A stretch of 64,000 bases of DNA from Acidimicrobiales bacterium (GCA_035949355.1 DASZIH010000057.1:48-64047); one strand, 5' to 3'. Shown: positions 28,184 to 38,339, counted from the stretch's first letter. Numbers and translations are program-made. The notes: generated from the letters alone by a model not told the origin.

Positions 28184-29119
28184 CTAGCGCGAGGCGCCGA
28201 GCGACGTCTTGATGAGCGAGGCCTTATGCGCCATCCGCTCCACGGACTCTGCGATCTTCGCCTTGACGTTCACGAGGTCGACACGGGCGATCTCGGCCTC
28301 TTTAGTGAGACCCTTCAAGTGCTCGATGTCCCAGAGCGCGAGCACTGGCGTCAACACGTCGCCCAAGTACTGGCCGAGTCCGTAGATACCTTCTCTCGCG
28401 ATGCGCACGGCGTGGCGAGTGAAGCTCGGGATACCGGTGCCGGGCATGGCGAAGGTGCTCACCTGTTTCGAGACCGCGATCATCATCGCCGACGGATCGA
28501 TCGCGAACGCCGCCAGCGTGAGGTCGCGGTAGAAGAGATAGTGCTTCGTCTCGTCGCCAGCGATCAGCGCTAAGACATTGCGGCCGATCTTGTCGTCCTT
28601 CGGGAGCTTTGCCCCCGTGTTGCGATGCGCGATCTGCGTGGCACGTTCTTGGAAGGAGACGTAGGCGATGAGTTCGGCGAAGGTGTCCGGATGAGGGACT
28701 TCTCCCTTTTGCATCTGAACTCGACGGCCCTCCTCCAACGTCGTTGGATTGATGCATCGACTGATGTGAACCCAGTCGCGCATGACCATGGCGTGACGGT
28801 TCTCTTCCATGGTCCACTGACAGGTCCACTCGCGAATCGGATGGCCCTTTGGCGAATGTTCGAGGATGGAGTCGGTGTAGTACGGGAGGTTGTCCTCGGT
28901 CAAGAGGTTGACGAAGATCGAACTACGCACGCCGTCGCCGATGGGATAGTCCTCGGGCGACCACGGGCGCTTCTGGAAGCTTTCGCCTTCACCCCAGTCG
29001 ATCTGTTCGTGCGGGAACCAGAGTCGTGGCGCTTCCATGTGACGATTGAATAGGCGCTCGACGTCGGGCGTTATCTCCTCTAGAAGGTCAACGCGGCTCT
29101 TGGCCAATCGAGTGCTCAA
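28184..29119 (-). CDS. desA: Acyl-ACP desaturase (DesA-like diiron protein)
   Basis: LLTEDNLP, WTMEENRH, VSFQERAT, DETKH, FAMPG. Confidence 0.9.
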   Translation of the reverse strand: MSTRLAKSRVDLLEEITPDVERLFNRHMEAPRLWFPHEQIDWGEGESFQKRPWSPEDYPIGDGVRSSIFVNLLTEDNLPYYTDSILEHSPKGHPIREWTCQWTMEENRHAMVMRDWVHISRCINPTTLEEGRRVQMQKGEVPHPDTFAELIAYVSFQERATQIAHRNTGAKLPKDDKIGRNVLALIAGDETKHYLFYRDLTLAAFAIDPSAMMIAVSKQVSTFAMPGTGIPSFTRHAVRIAREGIYGLGQYLGDVLTPVLALWDIEHLKGLTKEAEIARVDLVNVKAKIAESVERMAHKASLIKTSLGASR

Positions 29120-29238
29120 GTCGTCACACCTCTCCGTTAGTGGGTGACTAACGACCCAACCTTAACTCTCGAGGTGAAAAGGTCTTCGTCACTCTTGTGA
29201 TTGGCCGCACAAAGGTACTCAAGTAGCCTGATGACCTT

Positions 29239-30507
29239 GTGAAACTCATCGACACCCTCGTACCTCTTGATTTTCGTTCCTCGATTCGCGGTCCCTTGCG
29301 CCGTTTTTTCCTCTGCACCTTCATCGGATGCATCGGCAACGGGCTGACACTCTCGCTCTTCGTCATCTACCTGCACAACGTTCGCGGATTCTCCACCAGC
29401 TTCGCGACGTTGCTCCTCGCCTTGTCGGCCGTCATCGGCATCGGAAGTGCGCCGCTGTGGGGATCGATGACGGACCGTCTTGGCCCCATCCGCGTCATCC
29501 TCTTCGCCTACACCTGTGACGCGGTCGCCCTGGTCTTCTGGGGGCTCGCGCACACACGCCTGGAGGCGATCCTCGCCGCGATCTTCATCGCCGTCTTCGG
29601 CGGTGCGGGTTGGGGACCGGCCAGCACGATGTTGAGTCGCCTCGTCTCGCCGGAACACCGTCAACGCGCCTTTGGCTTCAACTTCATGCTGGTGAACCTC
29701 GGCATTGGCTTCGGAGGCCTCATCTCCGCGTCGGTCGTCAACCTCCGTCACCCCGGCACGTTCGTCGCGCTCTACGTCTTCAACGCGGGCGTCACCTTGC
29801 TCGCCGCGTTCTACTACCTCACGCTTCGCCGACACGGCGGACCCGTCAAAGAGATCCACGATGACCCAGTGAAGAACGCCGAAGGCTGGCGCGAGGTCAT
29901 GCGCGATCGACGGCTCATACGCTACGTCGTGGCCGCGATCTTCCTGATGATCGGTGGCTACGGTTCGCTCGACGCGGGTCTCAGCCTCTTCGTCGTGAAC
30001 AACTTGAAACTCTCCGTGCACACGATCGGCGTCATCTTCTTCTTCAACACGTCGACCATCGTGCTCGCGCAACTCTGGGTGCTCAATCGCATCGAAGGCA
30101 AGAGTCGAACTCGCGTCATGGGCGTCGTGGCCGCGTTCTGGTTCTTCTTCTGGATGATCCTGGAAGTCACGCTGTCGCTCCCGGCGGCTGCGTCCATCTC
30201 GATGCTGTGCCTCGCCATGGTGGTCTTCGCCATCGGCGAGACCATGCTCCAGCCGGTGGGCTCCGCGATCGTCAACGACATCGCGCCCGAACATCTTCGC
30301 GGCCGCTATAACGCAGCGTCCGGACTCTCGTGGGGCGTGTCGGGCACGCTCGCGCCTGCGATCACCGCTCTCTACTTCAGCGTGCATCTCGGAAACTGGT
30401 GGCCTATCGGCACCGGCATCACCGCGCTGATTGGTGGAGCGATGATGATGAACCTCCGTCGTCACATCAGTGCGAGCGCCGACGGGCGCAGCGAACTCGT
30501 CGCGTAG
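29239..30507 (+). CDS. MFS transporter
   Basis: About 12 hydrophobic segments; GSMTDRLG, APEHLRGRY. Confidence 0.9.
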   Translation: MKLIDTLVPLDFRSSIRGPLRRFFLCTFIGCIGNGLTLSLFVIYLHNVRGFSTSFATLLLALSAVIGIGSAPLWGSMTDRLGPIRVILFAYTCDAVALVFWGLAHTRLEAILAAIFIAVFGGAGWGPASTMLSRLVSPEHRQRAFGFNFMLVNLGIGFGGLISASVVNLRHPGTFVALYVFNAGVTLLAAFYYLTLRRHGGPVKEIHDDPVKNAEGWREVMRDRRLIRYVVAAIFLMIGGYGSLDAGLSLFVVNNLKLSVHTIGVIFFFNTSTIVLAQLWVLNRIEGKSRTRVMGVVAAFWFFFWMILEVTLSLPAAASISMLCLAMVVFAIGETMLQPVGSAIVNDIAPEHLRGRYNAASGLSWGVSGTLAPAITALYFSVHLGNWWPIGTGITALIGGAMMMNLRRHISASADGRSELVA

Positions 30508-30787
30508 ATCACGACGGCGCACGACGTTGGAGTCGCCGACGTACAACTCGTCACGACGCACGACGACGATTAAATACCGACTCTGCGAAACAGAAATCGA
30601 GATTTCGCGCTGCGTCGTGCGTTCACCGAAGAAAGCCAACAGTTAATCAACTTCGTCACCATCGACAGTGAATCAACGACGTCACGCGTGGCGAACGCAA
30701 CGCATTCAATTTTGTACGCCACACTCTCAGAAGTCTGTAAGGTCAGCTTTTGGAATCACTCGCACGTCGCTTCTAGGCTTACAACAC

Positions 30788-32635
30788 GTGCACGCACTCC
30801 TGACGAAGTCCTCGTTCGTTGTTTTCGTGGTCGCGGTGTTTCTCGCGGCTACCACGGGCCTTGCCTTCCCCGCGACACCTATCCCGCCGACGTCCATCGG
30901 GTACGACATCAGTTTTCCCCAGTGCAGCGAAGCCGTGCCACCGTCGCCGGGCTTTGGCATCGTGGGTGTGAACGCCGGCCATCCCTTCAGCGTCAACCCC
31001 TGTCTCGCGAGGGAGTTGGCGTGGGCCCAAGGCGCCGTGAATCCCAACCCGGGCTTCTACGCCAACGCCGACAACCCCGGTCCCACGTTCGCCACGAACT
31101 GGCCGACGAGTCAACAGACGCCCAAGGTGTGCTCGGGCGCGGACTCCGTGGCCTGTTCCTACGACTACGGCTGGAACGCGGCGCGACTCGCCTTCGCGAA
31201 CGCCGTCAACGCCGAACGCTCCAACGGCTCGTCCTCACCCACCGCCGCCGCCGTCGCGGCGCCGTGGTGGCTCGACGTCGAGACCGGCAACAAGTGGCAG
31301 ACCCTCGAGCTCGGTCGCAACGCGGCGACGGGCACCTACGACGAATCGGCCATCGAGGGGATGATCGCGTCGTTCACCGCCATCGGCGTGACGTCGATCG
31401 GGATCTATTCCACCTCGCAACAATGGAACGTCATCACCGTCGCCACCCCGGCGTCACTCCCGCCGGTCCCGGTGTGGATACCCGGTTTCGGTTCGGTGCC
31501 GGCCGCGCAAGTGGGGTGCGGTTCCGCTTCGTTCACCGGCGGCCGCGTGGCCCTGATCCAGTTCGGGTTGAACGGGTACGACGGCGACTACGTCTGTGGT
31601 CTCTTGAGCGCCCCGGTCTCGACCGCGGTCTCGGTGGCCGGTTCGTCCACGTTCACCAGCCAACTCCTCACCACCAACAATGACGGCACCGTGTCCTACG
31701 TCCAGACGAGCGGCACGCCGCAGTTGCTCGTGAGCTCGAGCGGTGTCGTCACGACGAGCGGCGCGCTGCCCGTGGGCACCTACGTCGCGACGGGTACGAG
31801 CGTTGACGCCAAAGGTAACGCCGGCACCTTCTCACTCACGCTCGCGGTCGGAAAACTCCTCCAGGACGTGCCCACGACCGCTTCGGTGAAGTCGAGCGCC
31901 TCGGCGACCTTCTCGAACCAACTGAACGTGAGCGGTAACAACGGCATCGTGTCCTACGTGCAGACGAGCGGCACGCCGCAGTTACTCGTGAGCTCGAGCG
32001 GTGTCGTCACGACGAGCGGTCTGCTCCCCGCTGGCACCTACAACGCGAAGGGAACGATGAGCGACGCGAGCGGTGACGTCGGCCGGTTCACCTTCGCCTT
32101 GACCGTCGGCACGCTCGTCCAGCGTTTGCCGACGAGTGGTTCCGTGACGACGACCGGTTCACCGACGTACCACGTCCAACTCGACGTCGGCGCGAATTTC
32201 GGTGCCGTGACCTACGTCCAGAACCGCGGGAGTCCTAACCTCCTCGTGAGTTCGACCGGTCTCGTCACGACCAGTGGCGCGCTCGCCAGTGGCTCCTACA
32301 TCGCGGCCGGCAAGGTGAGCGATCCCTCGGGTGACGTCGGAACGTTCTCGTTCAAGTTGAACGTGACGACCCCCCAGGTGGCGCCCACGTGCACCTCCAT
32401 CAGCGGCCACGTGGTCGCGGGGCGGACCGTGACCCTCACGATTCACGGGACCGGTTTCTACGGTCGCCCGTTCATCAGCAGCCACGCCGGTACGACGGCC
32501 ATCGTGACGCGTGACACCGGGCACGTGTTGCTCGTGAGAGTCACGTCGCGGGCGCGCTCGCGCAATGGCGTGTTCACCTTTACGATCACCCAGTCGGACC
32601 ACCTTTCGTGCACCATCCGCTACAACCAGCGCTAA
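30788..32635 (+). CDS. Secreted GH25/DUF1906-like TIM-barrel protein with three Ig/cadherin-like repeats
   Basis: Signal peptide; GYDISFPQC, WWLDVE (DxE), GIYST; three ~86-aa repeats (V(S/T)YVQ..G.P.LLVSS.G.VTTSG). Start GTG 30788 approximate. Confidence 0.7.
   Translation: MHALLTKSSFVVFVVAVFLAATTGLAFPATPIPPTSIGYDISFPQCSEAVPPSPGFGIVGVNAGHPFSVNPCLARELAWAQGAVNPNPGFYANADNPGPTFATNWPTSQQTPKVCSGADSVACSYDYGWNAARLAFANAVNAERSNGSSSPTAAAVAAPWWLDVETGNKWQTLELGRNAATGTYDESAIEGMIASFTAIGVTSIGIYSTSQQWNVITVATPASLPPVPVWIPGFGSVPAAQVGCGSASFTGGRVALIQFGLNGYDGDYVCGLLSAPVSTAVSVAGSSTFTSQLLTTNNDGTVSYVQTSGTPQLLVSSSGVVTTSGALPVGTYVATGTSVDAKGNAGTFSLTLAVGKLLQDVPTTASVKSSASATFSNQLNVSGNNGIVSYVQTSGTPQLLVSSSGVVTTSGLLPAGTYNAKGTMSDASGDVGRFTFALTVGTLVQRLPTSGSVTTTGSPTYHVQLDVGANFGAVTYVQNRGSPNLLVSSTGLVTTSGALASGSYIAAGKVSDPSGDVGTFSFKLNVTTPQVAPTCTSISGHVVAGRTVTLTIHGTGFYGRPFISSHAGTTAIVTRDTGHVLLVRVTSRARSRNGVFTFTITQSDHLSCTIRYNQR
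31691..32019 (+). repeat. Intragenic 71-bp near-identical direct repeat
   Basis: 31691-31761 vs 31949-32019, two mismatches, 258-bp period. Confidence 0.85.
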
Positions 32636-32700
32636 AGCGCACTGACGGTGTCACGCGACACGATCGGTTTCTGCTGACGTTGCGGGTGCGCAAGAATGTA

Positions 32701-32724
32701 GTCATTCGTACGCCTACGGATGAC
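32701..32724. promoter_or_regulatory. Inverted repeat upstream of prpD (candidate operator)
   Basis: GTCATTCGTA-CGCC-TACGGATGAC, 9 of 10 positions complementary. Confidence 0.45.
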
Positions 32725-32749
32725 GTACGTGAACGTGAGGAGTCCCCCC

Positions 32750-34270
32750 GTGCAGCAGCACCTCGTGCGCGTCTACGAAAGTTCATCGACACCCCCGCGA
32801 CAGGAGTTGTTGGCGTGGAAGCTCGCGGCCGTCGCCGCTGACGACGCGCCGCTCGACTCCGACGTCGTGGCGATGATCGTGAACCGGGTCATCGACAACG
32901 CGGGCGTCGCCGTGGCTGGCCTGCGCCGACGCCCGGTGGCCAACGCGCGCGCTCAGGCGCTCTGTCATCCCCACGACGGCGGCGCCACGATCTACGGAGT
33001 CGCCACCACCACGTTGGTGTCGTGCGAATGGGCGGCGTGGGCGAACGGCACGGCCGTACGCGAACTGGACTTTCACGACACCTTTCTCGCCGCCGACATG
33101 AACCACCCGGGCGACATGATCCCCCCGATCATCGCCGTGGGCCAGCAGTGGGGTTCGAGCGGGGCTGACCTCGTGCGCGGCATCGCCGCGGCGTACGAGG
33201 TCTCGGGCGACCTCACGAAAGCCATCGCGCTGCACACGCACCGCGTCGACCACCTGACGCACGTCGCGGCGGGCATGGTGGCCGGAATCGGGGCGATGTT
33301 GCGCCTCGAGGTCGAGACCATCTATCAGGCGATCAACCACGTGGTGCACGTCACGTTGACCACGCGCCAGTCTCGCAAGGGTGAGATCTCCACGTGGAAG
33401 GCGAACGCCCCCGCGCACGCCGGCAAGTTGGCCGTTGAGGCGATCGACCGCGCCCTGCGTGGCGAGACCTCACCGGCGCCGATCTACGAAGGCGACGACA
33501 GCATCATCGCCTGGGTCCTCGACGGTCCAGAGGCGCAGTACTCGGTGTTCCTGCCAGCTCCCGGCGAGTCCAAGCGCGCCATCATGGAGTCGTACACCAA
33601 GGCCTACTCCGCCGAGGTCCAGGCGCAACCGTGGATCGACGTCGCCTTTCGCCTTCGAGACCGGCTCGGCGACCTCAGCGAGGTTGAAGAGATCGTCATC
33701 CACACCAGTCACCACACCCACCGCATCATCGGGAGCGGTTCGGGCGATCCCCAGAAGTTCAACCCGGGCGCCACGCGCGAGACCTTGGACCACAGCCTCA
33801 TGTACATCTTCGCCGTGGCGCTCGAGGACGGGACGTGGCACCACGTCGACAGTTACGCTCGCGCGCGGGCCTCACGGCCAGAGACCGTGGCGTTGTGGCA
33901 GAAGATCCGCACCGTCGAAGAGGTCGAATGGGATGAGAAGTACCACCACGAGGACCCCGAGAAGCGGTCCTTTGGTGGTCGCGTCGTCGTGACCCTCCGG
34001 GACGCCAGCACCGTCGAAGACGAGATCGACGTTCCCGACGCCCATCCACGAGGTTCAAGACCCTTTGGTCGCGACGACTACGTCCGAAAGTTCCACGAGC
34101 TCGCGGGCCTCTACGCGACGCCTGGTGAGCAAGAGCGCTTCCTCGGCATTGCGCTCGACCTGTCCAACCTCGCGTCGGGTCGACTCAACGAGCTGAACGT
34201 GGAAGTCCCCCGAGAGCTCCTCGACGTCGCTGGACTCACCTCAGGTCTGTTCGAGCGGCACGGTCGATGA
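32750..34270 (+). CDS. prpD: MmgE/PrpD family dehydratase
   Basis: NGTAVRELDFHDTFLAA..HPGD, TRQSRKGEISTWKA, RETLDHSL, AHPRG. GTG 32750 after GAGGAG. Confidence 0.88.
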   Translation: MQQHLVRVYESSSTPPRQELLAWKLAAVAADDAPLDSDVVAMIVNRVIDNAGVAVAGLRRRPVANARAQALCHPHDGGATIYGVATTTLVSCEWAAWANGTAVRELDFHDTFLAADMNHPGDMIPPIIAVGQQWGSSGADLVRGIAAAYEVSGDLTKAIALHTHRVDHLTHVAAGMVAGIGAMLRLEVETIYQAINHVVHVTLTTRQSRKGEISTWKANAPAHAGKLAVEAIDRALRGETSPAPIYEGDDSIIAWVLDGPEAQYSVFLPAPGESKRAIMESYTKAYSAEVQAQPWIDVAFRLRDRLGDLSEVEEIVIHTSHHTHRIIGSGSGDPQKFNPGATRETLDHSLMYIFAVALEDGTWHHVDSYARARASRPETVALWQKIRTVEEVEWDEKYHHEDPEKRSFGGRVVVTLRDASTVEDEIDVPDAHPRGSRPFGRDDYVRKFHELAGLYATPGEQERFLGIALDLSNLASGRLNELNVEVPRELLDVAGLTSGLFERHGR

Positions 34271-34298
34271 GGTTCCCTAACGAAGAGAGCCGCGCGAC

Positions 34299-35444
34299 GT
34301 GAGGCAACGATCGATCCCCTGCGTCTTCATGCGGGGCGGCACCAGTAAGGCACTCATGTTCCACGAGCGCGACCTGCCCGCGGAACGCGACGAGTGGGCG
34401 CCGCTGTTCGTCGCGGCCCTGGGATCGCCGGACCTGTACGGGCGTCAACTGAACGGCATGGGCGGCGGCGTGTCCTCACTGTCCAAGGTGTGCGTCCTGG
34501 CGACCTCGGCGCGCTCGGACGCCGACGTCGATTACACCTTCGCGCAGGTGATGATCAAGGAGGCGCGCGTCGACTATCGAAGCAACTGCGGGAACATGAG
34601 CTCGGCCGTCGGTCCCTTCGCGGTCGACGAGGGACTGGTGGCGGCTCACGGCGACGTCGCGACGGTGCGTGTCTTCAACACCAACACGAACAAGATCATC
34701 CACAGCACGTTCGCCGTCGAGGACGGCGCGGCGCGCTACGACGGAGACCTCGATATTCCCGGCGTGAGCGGCACGGGCTCGCCGATCCGATTGGACTTCA
34801 TGGCGCCGGGCGGCGCGACGACCGGTGAGCTCCTACCGAGTGGCCACGTGAGCGAGTATCTGGACGTGCCCGGTCTCGGCGCCGTGGAGGTGTCCCTCGT
34901 GGACGCCGCGAACGCCGCCGTCTTCGTGCGGGCGAACGACGTTGGACTGTCGGGCACTGAGCTCCCCGACGAGCTCGACGCTCGTACTGACGTCCTGGCA
35001 CTCCTTGAAGCGATTCGCCGTTCCGCGTCGGTACGGATGGGCATCGCGCCCGACGTCGACAGCGCGGCGGCAATCACCAGTGTGCCCTTCGTGTGCGTCG
35101 TGAGCCCCCGTGCCACGAGTTCGAGCGTCTCGGGCGAGGTGATCGACGCCAATGAGGTCGATCTGGTCGCGCGCGTCATCTCCAACGGACAGCCCCACCG
35201 CGCGCTTCCCTTGACCATCTCCCTCTGTAGCGCCGTGGCGGCACGCGTCAGTGGATCCGTCGTGGCGCAGGTGCTTTCGTCGTCGAGCGGTGCGGGGACG
35301 TTGCGACTGGGGATGCCGTCGGGTGTGTTGAACGTGGACGCCGACGTGACCCACGAGAACGGCGAGTGGATCGCGCGCGCTGGGACGTTCTATCGAACCG
35401 CACGTCGTCTGTTCGACGGACGCGTCTGGGTCCCCGGAACCTGA
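34299..35444 (+). CDS. prpF: PrpF family isomerase
   Basis: MRGGTSKAL, GMGGGVSSLSKV, NCGNMSSAVG, RTARRLFDG. Confidence 0.88.
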   Translation: MRQRSIPCVFMRGGTSKALMFHERDLPAERDEWAPLFVAALGSPDLYGRQLNGMGGGVSSLSKVCVLATSARSDADVDYTFAQVMIKEARVDYRSNCGNMSSAVGPFAVDEGLVAAHGDVATVRVFNTNTNKIIHSTFAVEDGAARYDGDLDIPGVSGTGSPIRLDFMAPGGATTGELLPSGHVSEYLDVPGLGAVEVSLVDAANAAVFVRANDVGLSGTELPDELDARTDVLALLEAIRRSASVRMGIAPDVDSAAAITSVPFVCVVSPRATSSSVSGEVIDANEVDLVARVISNGQPHRALPLTISLCSAVAARVSGSVVAQVLSSSSGAGTLRLGMPSGVLNVDADVTHENGEWIARAGTFYRTARRLFDGRVWVPGT

Positions 35445-35580
35445 TAACCCCTCGGACCGGCTGTAAGTTGAGGCCGCGGGTGGACAGTAGGTGGTGAATC
35501 ATGGAACGCAGCGAAAGCGTGGCGGCGTCGAACAACTCGCTTCGCCTCGTTTCCGTATAGCCAAGAGAGAAGGGGCCTTC

Positions 35581-36444
35581 GTGTCCAGACCACCATCGTT
35601 GCTTCGACTGGGTTTCATCGCGGCGGTCGTGACGTCGTCGCTCGTCGTCGTCGTGACGAACGCGTCCGCCGGGTCCGTGACGGCTACGTCGGGTCACGTC
35701 AGCGCGACCTTCACCTACGAAGGGACGTTCCCGCAGTCTCGCAACGCACGTCTCACCATTTCCCACAACGGCAAAGTTGTCGACCGCGTCGCGGTACGTT
35801 CGAAGTGGTGCGGTAATCAATGTTGGCCCGACTTCGCCTCACCCGGTCATTCGATTCTCCACGTCGTTCGACTTCGCGACCACGGTCCCCTCGACGTCGT
35901 TCTCGACCTGTACAGCGGCGGTGCTCACTGTTGCACGGTCGAGCAGGTCTTCTCCCCGAAGGGATCATCGGGCGCGTACCGATCGACCGAGTACGACTTC
36001 GGCGACCCCGGCGTCAGGCTGCTTCCCCTCGGCCAAGGCGGAAGTGACGTCTTTCTCAGCGCCGATGACAGTTTCGCCTACGCCTTCACTGATTACGCCG
36101 CCTCGGCGATGCCCATCGAGATTCTCAGCTTCTACGCACACTCGTTTCACAACGTGACGAAATCCTTTCCCCGTTTGATCGAGACCGACGCCAAGCAGTG
36201 GCGGGTGGCCTTTAACGCCGCCGCGAGCTCGCACTACCAGGACACGGTGGGTCTCGCCGCTGCCTGGGCTGCGGACGAGGACCTGCTCGGACACGTCGCG
36301 ACGGCGCAGAGGTTTCTCCAGCTCGAGGCGCGAGCAGGTCACCTCAACAGTCTGGTGAGCCCACTTCAATCGAGTGGCCAGAGATTCGTCGTGCAACTGC
36401 AGAACTTCTTGGCCAAACACGGGTACGTGAAGACCGCCAGTTGA
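35581..36444 (+). CDS. Secreted hypothetical protein (GGAHCC motif)
   Basis: Signal peptide ending ASA; YSGGAHCCT; C-terminal FLAKHGY. GTG 35581 after GAAGGGG. Confidence 0.7.
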   Translation: MSRPPSLLRLGFIAAVVTSSLVVVVTNASAGSVTATSGHVSATFTYEGTFPQSRNARLTISHNGKVVDRVAVRSKWCGNQCWPDFASPGHSILHVVRLRDHGPLDVVLDLYSGGAHCCTVEQVFSPKGSSGAYRSTEYDFGDPGVRLLPLGQGGSDVFLSADDSFAYAFTDYAASAMPIEILSFYAHSFHNVTKSFPRLIETDAKQWRVAFNAAASSHYQDTVGLAAAWAADEDLLGHVATAQRFLQLEARAGHLNSLVSPLQSSGQRFVVQLQNFLAKHGYVKTAS

Positions 36445-37067
36445 CGTTCACTCCCCCGACACGACGGCTTCGACACGACATTCTCCAACGTGGCCGCACG
36501 ACCGTTCTCATCGCCGCACTCGTTGTCATCGTCACGCTCTCAGTGAGCCACCGATCTGACGCGTCACCCCGCCCGGCCCCCTGCGCGCTGTCAGCGTTGC
36601 GCTTCAACCTTCAGCCGAACGGTGGGCTGGGCCACGGCGCTTTCCGCGTCATTGTTCGAAACGCTGGTCCGTCCACGTGCTCACTCTCGGGCTACCCGCG
36701 GGTGCTCGTTCCCTTGGACGACCACCGCGACCCTTCCGTCCAGCGCAGTCTGCAGCGCGTCATGGCGCCCGCAAGCCGTGCCGGCGTGCACGACACCATC
36801 AGCACCTACGCAGGCGGCTACGACGGTCCGGTAACGAGATCAGGACGCGTGACCCTGCCAAGGGTGGAGCTCTCGGCCGGCACTGGCGTCGCGAGCTTCA
36901 ATATCGAGTGGATAGAGATCAGTCCGAAGGCGTGTCCTCTCGCGCTGGAACTCGAGATCGGACTGCGGGGTCACGCCACGAACGTAACGAATCGTCAGCT
37001 CATGTTCGTTTGCTCCGGCGTCGAGGTGACGCCGTTCGTTCAGGGAGACTCAGGATCGTGGAGCTGA
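36441..37067 (+). CDS. Secreted DUF4232-like protein
   Basis: Signal peptide; C...L, RNAGPSTCSLSGYP, VTPF; 4-bp overlap with the upstream gene. Confidence 0.6.
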   Translation: MTFTPPTRRLRHDILQRGRTTVLIAALVVIVTLSVSHRSDASPRPAPCALSALRFNLQPNGGLGHGAFRVIVRNAGPSTCSLSGYPRVLVPLDDHRDPSVQRSLQRVMAPASRAGVHDTISTYAGGYDGPVTRSGRVTLPRVELSAGTGVASFNIEWIEISPKACPLALELEIGLRGHATNVTNRQLMFVCSGVEVTPFVQGDSGSWS

Positions 37068-37091
37068 GTACACGCGGCGTCAGCTCGCGCG

Positions 37092-38339
37092 TCACACAGA
37101 GAGGCTGAGTCGAATCGTTCCGCCGCGCGGGTTGGCGTTCGCGAGAACGTCGCGCGAGACCCCTAACGACCGATTGGGAACGAGTCTTGGCGTCCGAGCG
37201 GTGCCGATCAGTTCGCCGTCTTGGTGAGCGTGCAGTGTGCGCCGAACATCGAATCGACCGACCCGGATGAACAGACCATCCACGTCGCGCGGCGAACTCA
37301 TTCGATTCGGCCACACCCACCTCAGCGGCGCCTCCACGACGAGCGACACGCGCTCGAGGTTCGACAACGCTGCGCCGCTCTTCACGTCGCGGGCCACTCG
37401 CCGTGCGACGTCGCGGCCGCGCAGTGCGGCCACGTCCGCCGTTTCGACGGGGTGCAGAAGGTTTCCGGCGGCGTAGAGCGAAGGGCTACTCGTACCTCCG
37501 AAGCGGTCAGACGAGGGTCCGAGGGTACCTTCGTCAATGTCGAGTCCCGCGCGCCGCGCGAGCTCACTTTCCGGAATCCAGTCACCGGTGAACACCACGG
37601 TGTCGACGGACTCGGTCCACCGCCGTCCGGACGACGCGTGCTCGAGAGTGACGTCACTCACTCGACCTCGACCATTGACGCTGACCACTCGCGTCGACGT
37701 CAAGATCGGGACGCGGTAGAGAAAACGCGTCGCCGCTGCGAACACCGCCGCACTCTGATGACGAGGCAGCTCCGTCGTGAGCGCGACCGTCCTCACGCCC
37801 GCGTGACGAAGGGTCATCATCGCGGAGAACGAGACGTGCTCGGCGCCCACGACGAGGGCACGAGACCCCACGGGCAGATGTTTGAGGTACGTCCACTGCT
37901 GGAGTTGGCCGGTCGTGAACACGCCCGCGCCACGGTCCCCAGGAACGAGGCGCGCACTTCGGGGTCGTTCGCGTGCTCCGGTGGCGAGGACGACCGCCCG
38001 GGCCTCGATCGTCGCGACGCCGTTTCGACTCGACAACTGGATGAGTCCATTCGAGCGCAGGTCCGTGACCGTCGTTCCGACCCTCAGTTCGGCGCCCGCC
38101 GCCTCGGCCCGACGCACGAGCTCTTCTGCGTAACGCGGGCCGGACATCAGACGGTGTAGGTCACGAAGCCCGAAACCCGTGTGGTGACAGTGACGCGGTA
38201 CGCCGCCGCCCGAGCGCTCTCGCTCTACGACGATCACACGCTCGACCCCGAGTCTTCGTAGCTCGATGGCCGCCGAAAGACCGGCCGGTCCCGATCCCAC
38301 GACGACGACGTCGACGCTCCTGCTGGGCGTGGTCGTCAC
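37092..38339 (-). CDS. NAD(P)/FAD-dependent oxidoreductase (thioredoxin-reductase-like)
   Basis: VGSGPAG, PRHCHHTGFG, LATGARERPR, AAGNLLHPVE. GTGA overlap at 38339. Confidence 0.88.
   Translation of the reverse strand: MTTTPSRSVDVVVVGSGPAGLSAAIELRRLGVERVIVVERERSGGGVPRHCHHTGFGLRDLHRLMSGPRYAEELVRRAEAAGAELRVGTTVTDLRSNGLIQLSSRNGVATIEARAVVLATGARERPRSARLVPGDRGAGVFTTGQLQQWTYLKHLPVGSRALVVGAEHVSFSAMMTLRHAGVRTVALTTELPRHQSAAVFAAATRFLYRVPILTSTRVVSVNGRGRVSDVTLEHASSGRRWTESVDTVVFTGDWIPESELARRAGLDIDEGTLGPSSDRFGGTSSPSLYAAGNLLHPVETADVAALRGRDVARRVARDVKSGAALSNLERVSLVVEAPLRWVWPNRMSSPRDVDGLFIRVGRFDVRRTLHAHQDGELIGTARTPRLVPNRSLGVSRDVLANANPRGGTIRLSLSV

Noticed and set aside
29137-30639. 500-aa minus-strand ORF
   Set aside because: Antisense shadow of the MFS gene, a typical high-GC artefact with no recognisable motifs.
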